64,000 nucleotides of DNA, taken from IMG/VR virus record IMGVR_UViG_3300023179_000012; one strand, written 5' to 3'. The translations under genes and the position numbers were made by a program. Positions 15,231 to 25,181 of this stretch are shown in pieces (the first letter of the stretch is position 1; every line of letters begins with the position of its first letter). This stretch comes from a virus. The notes below the pieces were generated by a model. That model saw only the letters and a list, made by a program, of their open reading frames with translations. It ran no database searches and had not been told where the DNA came from.

Positions 15231-15635
15231 ATGCCAGCAGGAAATTATAATTTTACTATAGAACAAGGGGCCTCTTTTGGTCTTAGCTTAACATATGCGG
15301 ATTCTAGTGGAGTACCAATAAATCTATCCGGATTCCAGTGTGCTAGAATGCAGTGGAACGCAAATAATAATAATACATATCAATTTACTACTACTAATAC
15401 AAATAGTGGTTTATATTTGTTTCAATTTGGATCACCATTAAGTAGTGGTATTATTAATTTTAAATTACCAGCTAGTATCACAGCAGGATACGACTTCACA
15501 TCGGCTAATTATGATATGGAATTAGAATCTTATGCTGTATTTTATAGTGGCGGAGGTCCGCAAGTTATAAGATTATTACAAGGCACAATTACTGTAGAAC
15601 CTGAGATTACGAAAATTAATTGTGCTGGTGCTTGA
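15231..15635 (+). CDS. Small beta-sandwich virion protein (fibre-associated)
   Basis: IEQGASF...PINLSG..ARMQ...YDMEL...RLLQG motif; paralogous to 27789-28184. Confidence 0.55.
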   Translation: MPAGNYNFTIEQGASFGLSLTYADSSGVPINLSGFQCARMQWNANNNNTYQFTTTNTNSGLYLFQFGSPLSSGIINFKLPASITAGYDFTSANYDMELESYAVFYSGGGPQVIRLLQGTITVEPEITKINCAGA

Positions 15636-18600
15636 TGAGTACTATTACGATAGTAACGCTTAATGGTGAAACACACACAATAAATATTGATCAACCAAAC
15701 TCAAATAATCTTGAGGTTGCAGAAGGTATTGGGTCAACTCATAATGTGTCTGTTTCTGAACTTGGCTCTGAAAGCCAAAATATATCATTAGATGATGCGG
15801 AAATTAATGTTGTTACTATACAACCAACAGAATCATCAACAATATCTGTTGCTACTACAGACATATCTAATTCTGTAGTAACAATTAACGAAGGACAACA
15901 AGGTCCTCCTGGAGCGGGCGCTCAAGGCATACAAGGTATACAGGGTCCTCAAGGAACAACTGGAATACAAGGATTTTATGGTATTCAAGGTGTTCAAGGA
16001 GTTCAAGGTCGTCAAGGGACTCAGGGAATCCAGGGGACTCAAGGAACTCAAGGAATTCAAGGAATTCAAGGGGTCCAAGGAACTCAAGGAGTACAAGGAA
16101 ACCAAGGAACACAAGGTACTCAAGGTGTCCAAGGCTCTCTTGGCATACAAGGCATCCAGGGAATACAAGGTGTTCAAGGTCGTCAAGGGACTCAGGGAAT
16201 CCAGGGGACTCAAGGAACTCAAGGAATTCAAGGAATCCAAGGAGCTCAAGGAATTCAGGGCAATACTGGTACTCAAGGATCTGTGGGAATTCAAGGAACA
16301 CAAGGTGTCCAAGGAAATATTGGAGCACAAGGTGCTCAAGGCAACCAAGGTATTCAGGGTGTTCTTGGTAACCAAGGAACACAAGGTACTCAAGGCAATC
16401 AGGGCACACAGGGAATCCAAGGTATATTTGGTATACAAGGAACTCAAGGAGTTCAAGGTAATCAAGGTACCCAAGGTATTCAAGGAACCACAGGTATACA
16501 AGGATCATTAGGTACTCAAGGAACACAAGGTATCCAAGGAGTTCAAGGTATCCAAGGAAATCAAGGCACTCAGGGTTTATTAGGTATACAAGGAAATCAG
16601 GGGACCCAAGGTACTCAAGGTACGCAAGGTATTACTGGTTCTCAGGGAACAACAGGAACTCAGGGATTAACCGGCTCTCAGGGCACACAAGGAACTCAAG
16701 GTATACAGGGTAGCACAGGTACTCAAGGAACTCAAGGCATCCAGGGAAACCAGGGAACACAAGGAACTCAGGGAACACAAGGTTTACAAGGAACTCAAGG
16801 TTTACAAGGAACTCAAGGTTTACAAGGAACTCAAGGTTTACAAGGAACAACTGGCTCCCAAGGAGCTCAAGGACTGCAAGGAACAACCGGTAGCCAGGGA
16901 ACACAAGGTCTACAGGGAACAACTGGTGGTCAAGGAACACAAGGCTTGCAAGGTTTACAAGGACTGCAAGGAACTCAAGGTCTACAGGGAACAACTGGTA
17001 GTCAGGGAACTCAAGGACTGCAAGGAACACAAGGTCTACAGGGAATCCAAGGAACTCAGGGAACACAAGGTCTACAGGGAACGCAAGGTCTACAAGGCTT
17101 GCAGGGAACAACTGGTAGTCAAGGAACTCAAGGACTACAAGGCTTGCAAGGCTTACAGGGAACAACTGGTAGTCAAGGAACTCAAGGACTACAAGGAACT
17201 CAAGGTATTCAAGGCAATCAAGGTATACAAGGTATTACTGGTAGTCAAGGTTCAACGGGTAGTCAGGGAAGTACAGGATCTCAAGGAGGTACTGGAAGTC
17301 AAGGATTTACAGGTAGTCAAGGTACTACAGGAAATCAAGGCAGTGTCGGAAGTCAAGGTACTACGGGATCACAAGGAATAACTGGAAGTCAAGGAACCCA
17401 AGGCATTCAAGGGACACAGGGGATTCAAGGTAACACTGGTACAAATGGTAGTCAGGGAACTCAGGGAATACAGGGTAATGCTGGTTCTAATGGAAGTCAA
17501 GGTACTCAAGGACCGCAAGGAACAACTGGTAGCCAAGGTACTCAAGGAACTCAGGGCACTCAAGCAACAATAACAATTACCAGCACCAATAATACAAGTA
17601 TTGGTAGTGTTGGTGGAGCGGCAGTTTTTACTTATTCTAATACGCCAAGTATTGGATTTGCTGTTGGCCAAAGAATAAGAGCTGCTGTAACAGCAAGTCC
17701 CACAACTAACTATATGGAAGGTATTATAACATTTGTTAGTTCTAGTAGTGTTACTTTTACTATTGATATTAGTGCCGGTAGTGGTAGTTATAGTGCTTGG
17801 ACTCTATCAATCACTGGACAAAGAGGCATACAAGGTATCCAAGGTAATCAGGGATTAGTAGGTTATTCTGGTAGTACTGGTAGTACTGGAAACCAAGGTA
17901 CACAAGGTATTCAAGGAGTTCAAGGAACTCAGGGATTACAAGGTTATTTTGGTATTACTGGAAACCAAGGTATTCAAGGCATACAAGGTTATTTTGGTAA
18001 TCAGGGTCTTCAAGGCATACAAGGTTTCGACGGATTACAAGGACTACAAGGCATACAGGGAAACCAAGGTACTTCTGGCACCAATGGTAGTCAAGGCGTT
18101 CAGGGTCTTCAAGGTAGACAAGGAACTCAGGGTATAACTGGAAGTCAAGGAGCATCGGGTAGTAACGGTAGTCAGGGTACTCAAGGAATAACTGGTCCGG
18201 TTGCTGGTAGTGCTAATCAAGTTGTATATAAGAATGGTAGTAATATTGCTTCTGGTACTTCAGTATTCACATTTACTGATACTACAAATACTCTAGCTAT
18301 TCAAAATATTAGCATAACAACTAACACAATTGGTGCTACTAATACTAATGGTAAACTAATTCTTGCTCCTAATGGAACCGGAGCGTTACAAAGAGATGGT
18401 GATGGAAACGCACGAGGACAATATGCTGTGGATTGGCAAACGGTTCGATCTACTGGAACTATGGTTGCTGGTGCTAATTATAGTGTTATTGGCGGTGGGC
18501 AGAATAACTCAATAATATCAGGAAGTGAATATAGTGTCATAGGAGGAGGAAACAACAATAATATTATTGCTTCTGGTACGAGTTATAATAATGTTATAGG

Positions 18601-19777
18601 CGGTGGAATTGGTAATAATATTAGTGGTTCTGGTATAAATGATCGTAATGTTATAGGCGGTGGAGCTAGCAATAATATAATTGGAACACATAGTTATTAT
18701 TGTACAATAGGTGGAGGAGGTAATAATACTATAAGTGGATTCTATAGTTACCGCAGTACTATATGCGGTGGATATAATAATCAAATTACTGGATACTATA
18801 CCTATTATAGTACCATATGTGGTGGATATCATAACTCCATATCAGGACAATCTTCTTACCATGGTAGTATAGGCGGAGGTTATAATAATACTATAGGTGG
18901 ATCAAATAGTACTTATTGTACAATAGGCGGAGGAAATAATCATGTTATAAGTGGAGATCAAAGTTATAATAGTACTATAGGTGGCGGAACATCTAATACT
19001 ATAACTGGAGAATACTCTTACTATAGTACTATAGATGGTGGATCAAATAATACCATAAGCGGATATGAGTGTTATTTTAGCACAATAGGTGGAGGAGGTA
19101 ATAATACTATAAGTGGATATTTTAGTAATAGTAGCACAATAGGTGGTGGACGTTTTAATACTGTGGTAGGAACTAATAGTCAGTATAGCACAATAGGTGG
19201 CGGAAATAATAATACTGTGAGCGGAAGTAGTAGTATGTTTAGTACAATAGGTGGCGGATATAATAATGCTGTGAGCGGAAGTAGTAGTATGTTTAGTACC
19301 ATACCTGGCGGAAGGGAAGCAGCAACCACAAGATACGGTGAATTGTCTCATGCCGCAGGTCGATTTTCTTCTAATGGTGATGCTCAACACACAATCCTCA
19401 TCGCTAGAAAAACAACATCAAATAATACAGCAAATCAAATTCTTTATTTAGATAATAGCGGCGCAATGCTTATATTACCAGCTAAAACAAGTTGGACATT
19501 TGAAATTAAATTAAGTGCATATAATGATACTGATAGTGCAGCAGCTGGATGGATATTCAGAGGTGTTATAAGACGTAACGGAAGTAATGGAACAGCACTA
19601 GTTGGTAGTTTAATAGAAGAAAACTGGAAAGATACAGCCATGAATAGCACAAGTGCCAGTGTGGTTGCTGATGATACTAATGAAGCTTTGCAAATTAGAG
19701 TAACTGGATTAACTAGTAAAAATATAAGATGGGTTGCGGTTGTGGATATTAGTCAAGTTAGTTATGGCACACCATAG
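15635..19777 (+). CDS. Collagen-like fibre protein with YadA-head-like repeats, 1380 aa
   Basis: Gly-X-Gln triplets at 15893-17563 and 17816-18202; STIGGGxNNxISG repeats at ~18470-19320; the ATG overlaps the upstream TGA. Confidence 0.85.
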   Translation: MSTITIVTLNGETHTINIDQPNSNNLEVAEGIGSTHNVSVSELGSESQNISLDDAEINVVTIQPTESSTISVATTDISNSVVTINEGQQGPPGAGAQGIQGIQGPQGTTGIQGFYGIQGVQGVQGRQGTQGIQGTQGTQGIQGIQGVQGTQGVQGNQGTQGTQGVQGSLGIQGIQGIQGVQGRQGTQGIQGTQGTQGIQGIQGAQGIQGNTGTQGSVGIQGTQGVQGNIGAQGAQGNQGIQGVLGNQGTQGTQGNQGTQGIQGIFGIQGTQGVQGNQGTQGIQGTTGIQGSLGTQGTQGIQGVQGIQGNQGTQGLLGIQGNQGTQGTQGTQGITGSQGTTGTQGLTGSQGTQGTQGIQGSTGTQGTQGIQGNQGTQGTQGTQGLQGTQGLQGTQGLQGTQGLQGTTGSQGAQGLQGTTGSQGTQGLQGTTGGQGTQGLQGLQGLQGTQGLQGTTGSQGTQGLQGTQGLQGIQGTQGTQGLQGTQGLQGLQGTTGSQGTQGLQGLQGLQGTTGSQGTQGLQGTQGIQGNQGIQGITGSQGSTGSQGSTGSQGGTGSQGFTGSQGTTGNQGSVGSQGTTGSQGITGSQGTQGIQGTQGIQGNTGTNGSQGTQGIQGNAGSNGSQGTQGPQGTTGSQGTQGTQGTQATITITSTNNTSIGSVGGAAVFTYSNTPSIGFAVGQRIRAAVTASPTTNYMEGIITFVSSSSVTFTIDISAGSGSYSAWTLSITGQRGIQGIQGNQGLVGYSGSTGSTGNQGTQGIQGVQGTQGLQGYFGITGNQGIQGIQGYFGNQGLQGIQGFDGLQGLQGIQGNQGTSGTNGSQGVQGLQGRQGTQGITGSQGASGSNGSQGTQGITGPVAGSANQVVYKNGSNIASGTSVFTFTDTTNTLAIQNISITTNTIGATNTNGKLILAPNGTGALQRDGDGNARGQYAVDWQTVRSTGTMVAGANYSVIGGGQNNSIISGSEYSVIGGGNNNNIIASGTSYNNVIGGGIGNNISGSGINDRNVIGGGASNNIIGTHSYYCTIGGGGNNTISGFYSYRSTICGGYNNQITGYYTYYSTICGGYHNSISGQSSYHGSIGGGYNNTIGGSNSTYCTIGGGNNHVISGDQSYNSTIGGGTSNTITGEYSYYSTIDGGSNNTISGYECYFSTIGGGGNNTISGYFSNSSTIGGGRFNTVVGTNSQYSTIGGGNNNTVSGSSSMFSTIGGGYNNAVSGSSSMFSTIPGGREAATTRYGELSHAAGRFSSNGDAQHTILIARKTTSNNTANQILYLDNSGAMLILPAKTSWTFEIKLSAYNDTDSAAAGWIFRGVIRRNGSNGTALVGSLIEENWKDTAMNSTSASVVADDTNEALQIRVTGLTSKNIRWVAVVDISQVSYGTP

Positions 19778-19825
19778 ATCTATTGAGTATAATAGATCAA
19801 GGACAAGAAATAACAGGAGAAAAAC

Positions 19826-20626
19826 GTGAAAAAGTTCTTTTTTATTAGCGGACTTCCGCGTTCAGGAAGCACATTACTTTGTAATATCTTAGCTCAAAAT
19901 AATGATTTATTTATTAGTAAAGCTACTAGTGGATGTCATGATGTTTTATTTGGAATTAGAAATCAATGGGATAAATTAATTGAACATCAAGCTGAAGGAG
20001 TAGATTATAATCAATTAAAAAGAGTATTAAATTCTATATTAAATAGTTATCATTCAACAGATAAAAGTATTATTATTGATAAAGGTAGAGGATGGCTTTC
20101 TTTGATAGAAATGGTTGAGTTCATAACCGGTGCTACTCCAAAAATTATAGTTCCTGTGCGAAATATTACAGAAATATTAAGTAGTTTTGAAAAACTATGG
20201 AAAAAAAGTACCGGTCAAAGTCAGTGGAACTTTGAACAAAACGATTATTTAAAAGCTCAGACTGTTGAAGGTAGGTGTGAAATATGGGCTAGTGCTGGCC
20301 AACCGGTGGGAATAGCATATAATAGAGTAAAAGATGCTATTAGTAGAGGCTATCAAAATAATCTTCTTTTTGTCGAATTTGACCAATTAACTAGCCAGCC
20401 AGCTCAGACCCTAAAAATGGTGTATGATTATTTACAACTACCCTACTATCAGCATAATTTTAATAATGTAGAACAATACACACAAGAGGATGATGAAGGA
20501 ATCCACAGAATCCCCAATTTGCATAAAATAAAACCAGTTGTTGTTCCTGTTCCTCATGATAGCAATAAAATATTAGGTAAATTTTTAGTAGATAAATATA
20601 GTAATTTAGAATTATGGAGAAAATAA
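19826..20626 (+). CDS. Sulfotransferase family protein
   Basis: FFISGLPRSGSTLL is the 5'-phosphosulfate-binding loop; IIDKGRGW, VRNITEILSS and FVEFDQL...PAQTL follow the sulfotransferase_3 pattern. Confidence 0.85.
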   Translation: MKKFFFISGLPRSGSTLLCNILAQNNDLFISKATSGCHDVLFGIRNQWDKLIEHQAEGVDYNQLKRVLNSILNSYHSTDKSIIIDKGRGWLSLIEMVEFITGATPKIIVPVRNITEILSSFEKLWKKSTGQSQWNFEQNDYLKAQTVEGRCEIWASAGQPVGIAYNRVKDAISRGYQNNLLFVEFDQLTSQPAQTLKMVYDYLQLPYYQHNFNNVEQYTQEDDEGIHRIPNLHKIKPVVVPVPHDSNKILGKFLVDKYSNLELWRK

Positions 20627-20627
20627 A

Positions 20628-20993
20628 ATGAGTATATTGGATCGTAATACACAACATTCCACAGTCTCTCCAGCTAAAATAGCAGCTAATCGCCTAGTTA
20701 ATATAACAAATCAAACATATCAACAGATGGTTCAAGCTTTTAATCAAGGAGCTAAAATATTTTGGGATAATGGTATGGGTATTAGCCCATCAGATATTGC
20801 TATTGAATTAGGACCAGACGCTAAAGAAGTTTTTGAATTACACTATAAACTTGGACAACTTATCTCTACTGTTAAACCAGAAGCTATTGCTGATGGAGCA
20901 TCTTTAGTGGGTAATTTTACAATGAATGAAGATGGTACGGTTACAATCATTCCAATACTAGCTGAAGAAAACACAATTTTATCTCCAGAGTAA
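20628..20993 (+). CDS. Hypothetical protein, 121 aa
   Basis: Tightly coupled ORF with natural composition. Confidence 0.7.
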   Translation: MSILDRNTQHSTVSPAKIAANRLVNITNQTYQQMVQAFNQGAKIFWDNGMGISPSDIAIELGPDAKEVFELHYKLGQLISTVKPEAIADGASLVGNFTMNEDGTVTIIPILAEENTILSPE

Positions 20994-21002
20994 GGATAAA
21001 CT

Positions 21003-23075
21003 ATGCCTATTGACTATGGTCTAAATAATATAACTAGTAGTGGTAATATTAATGTTAGTGGTATAGTTACTGCTACTAGTGGTGTATTTAGTAACTTAAC
21101 AATAGGTGGTTCTACTTTTAATAGTTCTGTTAGTGGATTATTACCTACTATAACTAATAGTGGAGATAATAGAATTCTTACCAGCACAGGAAGTACTGTT
21201 GGTATAAATGCTGAGTCGAATCTTACATTTGATGGAAATTTACTCAACATAACTGGTAGTGGAGCATTTTCTAGTAATCTTACACTAAGCAATCAAACAG
21301 CGAGTACAATCGCTAGTTTTGATAGTAGTAAAAATATAACATCTCTATCAACAGTAACATATCCTTCGTTAACAGAATTAAGTTATATGAAAGGTGTTAC
21401 GAGTGCGTTACAGACTCAACTTAACGCTAAACAAAACTCTCTTACCAATCCGGTTACAGGAACTGGTATTGCTAGTCATATAGCCTATTGGAATAGTTCT
21501 AGCGGTATAGTGGCAGATAGTGGTCAATTGTACTGGGATGCTACTAATGATAGACTTGGTATAGGAACATCATCCCCAGCTTCTTCATTAGAGGTTAGTG
21601 GCAATATTCAACAAACTTGGCTAGCCACAGATTTTAGAAATGGTACATTTTTTAATAATGATTGGAGAATGGGAATTAACTATGGTACCGCTCAAAGAAC
21701 TATCAATATTTTCTCCACATCTAATGATACTGGTGGACACATAGCTTTTTCTACCAGATTTGGATCGGGTGTCTCTAGCACAGACTATGGCACTGAACGA
21801 TTAAGAATTACAAATAGTGGATTGGTCGGAATAAACACATCAACTCCAACTAGTCGTTTACACGTTATTGGTAGTGGAATATTTAGTAGTGGAGTTACAG
21901 TAGGAGATAGTAGTACCAACGGATATATTTATGGTCCTTCCGGTAATGCTAGTATACAATTTAATGCTGCTGGTACTAATAGAATAGATGTTAATTCAAC
22001 TAATTTTTATTTATCAGCGGCTACTTTCTTGAATGGTGCTGCTACTTATGTTAATGGAACATTAGCTTTTCCTAAAGTTACTATCGCAACATCAACGGCC
22101 ACACAGAGCAATGGAAATGAAATACTCTTATACCATAGCTTATGGAATGGTTCATCAGCGTATGACGGATACAACACCTTAAGGTCTACTGCATCCACTA
22201 CTACTAATGGTGTTAGTAGATTTGCTATACTAATGAATAATGGAGACGGCACCCAAAATCGTACAGAAAGACTTAGTGTTTTAAGTAGTGGAAATATAGG
22301 TATTAATAATACTACGCCAGCATATACTCTGGATGTTACTGGATCTGGTAATTTTACTGGAGCAGTTACAGTTTCCGGCGATATAACAGCTTCGATGCTA
22401 GCATCATCTAATTCGGCTGGATCAGAAGGTGGAGAAATAAGATTAGCTAAAGCAGCATCAGGAACAACTCTTAATGGCACAACTATTAATATTGATATAT
22501 TCAATAATCAATTAAGAATCTTCGAAGGAGGCAGTCCAAATAGAGGTTATTTTCTAGATATGACAGAGGGTGGAGCTAGTGGTGGTACACAACTACGTCA
22601 AAAATCTTTAACATATTTTACCGCATTAAACAATCAACCACCAGCAAGTAATTTTGCAACATTAGATACAAGAAATAGTATTGCTGTTTTAGACTTTGAT
22701 GATACCACAGAAGAAAGTGCAGTATTTGTAGGAGTAATACCAGACAATGCTGTAACCTCCTCTGGATTATCTGTTAGAATTAACTGGATGGCAACTACTG
22801 CTACCAGTGGTAATTGTCGTTGGGGTGTACAGTTCGAAAGAATGAATACCGATGAAGATGCTGACTCATTTGACACAGCAACAGAAGCTCATTCTGCAAC
22901 TAACGGAACTGCTGGTATACCAACCACAACCACGTTAACTTGCACAACCATAGATTCACTAGCGGCTGGTGATTTTTTTAGAATGAAGATTTATAGAGAT
23001 GTTAGCGATACTACTAATGATACTATGACCGGAGATGCCGAATTAATAGCTGTAGAAATTAGAGGAGTCATATAA
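21003..23075 (+). CDS. Tail/head fibre-like protein, 690 aa
   Basis: Ser/Thr/Gly/Asn-rich; repeated RLGIGTSSP / ERLRITNSGLVGINTSTP / ERLSVLSSGNIGINNTTP fibre motifs; globular C-terminal domain. Confidence 0.75.
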   Translation: MPIDYGLNNITSSGNINVSGIVTATSGVFSNLTIGGSTFNSSVSGLLPTITNSGDNRILTSTGSTVGINAESNLTFDGNLLNITGSGAFSSNLTLSNQTASTIASFDSSKNITSLSTVTYPSLTELSYMKGVTSALQTQLNAKQNSLTNPVTGTGIASHIAYWNSSSGIVADSGQLYWDATNDRLGIGTSSPASSLEVSGNIQQTWLATDFRNGTFFNNDWRMGINYGTAQRTINIFSTSNDTGGHIAFSTRFGSGVSSTDYGTERLRITNSGLVGINTSTPTSRLHVIGSGIFSSGVTVGDSSTNGYIYGPSGNASIQFNAAGTNRIDVNSTNFYLSAATFLNGAATYVNGTLAFPKVTIATSTATQSNGNEILLYHSLWNGSSAYDGYNTLRSTASTTTNGVSRFAILMNNGDGTQNRTERLSVLSSGNIGINNTTPAYTLDVTGSGNFTGAVTVSGDITASMLASSNSAGSEGGEIRLAKAASGTTLNGTTINIDIFNNQLRIFEGGSPNRGYFLDMTEGGASGGTQLRQKSLTYFTALNNQPPASNFATLDTRNSIAVLDFDDTTEESAVFVGVIPDNAVTSSGLSVRINWMATTATSGNCRWGVQFERMNTDEDADSFDTATEAHSATNGTAGIPTTTTLTCTTIDSLAAGDFFRMKIYRDVSDTTNDTMTGDAELIAVEIRGVI

Positions 23076-23722
23076 TGGCTTATAATTTTGTTTCTACTAG
23101 CACTCAATATATAACTTCTAGTAGTCCATCTATGAGTGTTCATCCAACAACTATTTCGGCATGGATTTATGCAACCAGTAATACTGCTGCTATGACGGTT
23201 GTAAATTTTACCGAAACCACAAGTAATAATGCCGGTTTTCGTTTAACTCTAGCTGGCCAGGCTACTGGCGATCCTGTTCGAGCCACGTCTTTCGGATCCG
23301 CAAATGGTATTTCTTCAATTGGAGACACCGGACCTAGTGGATTTAATTTAAATACTTGGCATCATGTTTGTGGTGTATTTACTTCATCCACACTAAGAGT
23401 AGTATATCGAGATGGAGTTGCTGGAGCTACTAATACTGTTTTAGTTGATTTTACTAGCTTAACCACAATATCAATAGGAGCCCTTCGTTTAGGTGGCACA
23501 TTAATGGATGGATATATTAGTGATGTGGGAATATGGTCAGTAGCATTGAATACTGATGAAATAAATAGTTTAGCAAAAGGATTTTCTGCTAAAAAAATTA
23601 GACCACAGTCTTTAACATACTATGTTCCATTAATTAGAAATTTACAAGAAAATCGCGAAAATATTGCATTAACAAATAATAATACAGCGACCGTTATTCA
23701 ACATAATAGGATATACTCATGA
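23075..23722 (+). CDS. LamG/concanavalin A-like lectin domain protein
   Basis: TISAWIY...NTWHHVCGVF...VYRDGV...GYISDVGIWSVALNTDEINSL. Confidence 0.85.
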   Translation: MAYNFVSTSTQYITSSSPSMSVHPTTISAWIYATSNTAAMTVVNFTETTSNNAGFRLTLAGQATGDPVRATSFGSANGISSIGDTGPSGFNLNTWHHVCGVFTSSTLRVVYRDGVAGATNTVLVDFTSLTTISIGALRLGGTLMDGYISDVGIWSVALNTDEINSLAKGFSAKKIRPQSLTYYVPLIRNLQENRENIALTNNNTATVIQHNRIYS

Positions 23723-24138
23723 CGCTATATTATCATAAAGATAACTACGAAGTAAGAGATTTAGCTGATTCATTAATACAAGGTTGGATAGATAATAATA
23801 ATCCCAAAATAGATCAATGGGTATTATTGCCGCCACAGCCAAGCGAGAATCATTATTGGAATAATGGGAAGTGGATATTAGCGACTCCGACCGTACCAGA
23901 AAGCGTGAGTGCAAGACAAATAAGATTATGGCTAATTAATAATGGTATTCAATTAATTCAAGTAGAAAATGCTATAAATAATATACAGGATTTAATAATA
24001 CGAGAAACTGTTAAGGTTGAGTGGGAGTATGCTCCTTATGTTGAACGTAATCATCCAATGTTAATACCATTAGCTCAAGCACTAGGATTATCAGAAGCTC
24101 AAGTGGATCAGGCTTTTAGAGAAGCAATTAATATCTGA
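23719..24138 (+). CDS. Probable fibre assembly chaperone
   Basis: VPESVSARQIRLWL...VEWEYA...RNHPML..LAQALGLSEAQVDQAFREA, a pattern I recognise from genes next to fibres. Confidence 0.6.
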   Translation: MTLYYHKDNYEVRDLADSLIQGWIDNNNPKIDQWVLLPPQPSENHYWNNGKWILATPTVPESVSARQIRLWLINNGIQLIQVENAINNIQDLIIRETVKVEWEYAPYVERNHPMLIPLAQALGLSEAQVDQAFREAINI

Positions 24139-24188
24139 TACAATTGCATACGATCTTTCCTTAAACTATTATAGTCTAAGGAGCTAAT

Positions 24189-25181
24189 ATGATTAGTGAT
24201 ATAGGAAATTTTAGCAAAAAAGTAATTCTAGATGGCGGCAAAATTGTACCATTGTTAGTACAACCAGACAAAATGGTTGGACCATCACTGATGAATCCAT
24301 CAATACTAAATATAGATGGAAAATTATTAGTTAATTTACGCAATGTGAATTATGTTTTATATCACGCAGAAGATGGTGTTAACGAACACGTTTGGGGGCC
24401 ATTATGCTATCTTCATACAGAGCAAAATGCTGTTCTAGCCACACACAATATACTTTGTTTTTTAGATGATAATTTTAATATAGTTAATAGTTCTATAGTT
24501 GACACAACACAACTAGATCAAAAACCACTGTGGGAATTTATAGGATTAGAAGATGCTAGATTAACATATTGGAATAATAAATTATATTTAAGTGGAGTAC
24601 GACGAGACACCACCACCAATGGTCAAGGACGCATAGAATTATCAGAAATCACTATTGACGAAAATAATAACGCTAAAGAAATTAGTAGACAAAGATTGCC
24701 AGCACCACCACCAGACACCTCATACTGCGAAAAAAACTGGATGCCCATTAGCGATAGGCCATATCAGTACGTAAAGTGGACAAATCCAACAGAGGTTGTG
24801 GAATATGATCCAGCCACCAAAGAAACAAAAACTATTGTATTAACAGAATTTCAGAATCTTAATACCAGAGATTTACGCGGAGGATCTCAGGTTATACCAT
24901 ACGGAGATTATTACTTAGGATTATTACATGAGGTTGATTTGTTTAAGAGCGAGGCTGGTCGTAAAAATGCCACCTATAGGCACAGATTTGCATTATGGGA
25001 CCAGAGTTTTAATCTTTTAAGGGTGTCTCCGCGTTTTGATTTTATGAGCGGAGAGATTGAATTTGCTTGTGGAATGACCGAATATAATAATCAAATTTTA
25101 ATTACTTTTGGTTTTCAAGATAATGCGTCTTATCTATTAGTGATTAATAAATCTACTATAAATGAGTTAGTATCACTATGA
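24189..25181 (+). CDS. Five-bladed beta-propeller glycosidase-like protein (GH43/GH130-like)
   Basis: NPSI, GLEDARL, EKNWMP, RGGS and EFACGM blade motifs. Confidence 0.7.
   Translation: MISDIGNFSKKVILDGGKIVPLLVQPDKMVGPSLMNPSILNIDGKLLVNLRNVNYVLYHAEDGVNEHVWGPLCYLHTEQNAVLATHNILCFLDDNFNIVNSSIVDTTQLDQKPLWEFIGLEDARLTYWNNKLYLSGVRRDTTTNGQGRIELSEITIDENNNAKEISRQRLPAPPPDTSYCEKNWMPISDRPYQYVKWTNPTEVVEYDPATKETKTIVLTEFQNLNTRDLRGGSQVIPYGDYYLGLLHEVDLFKSEAGRKNATYRHRFALWDQSFNLLRVSPRFDFMSGEIEFACGMTEYNNQILITFGFQDNASYLLVINKSTINELVSL

Noticed and set aside
15836-18155. Several 60-220 aa ORFs (LEFLEFL, KEFKEL types) over the collagen gene
   Set aside because: Alternative-frame readings of the 9-nt Gly-X-Gln periodicity
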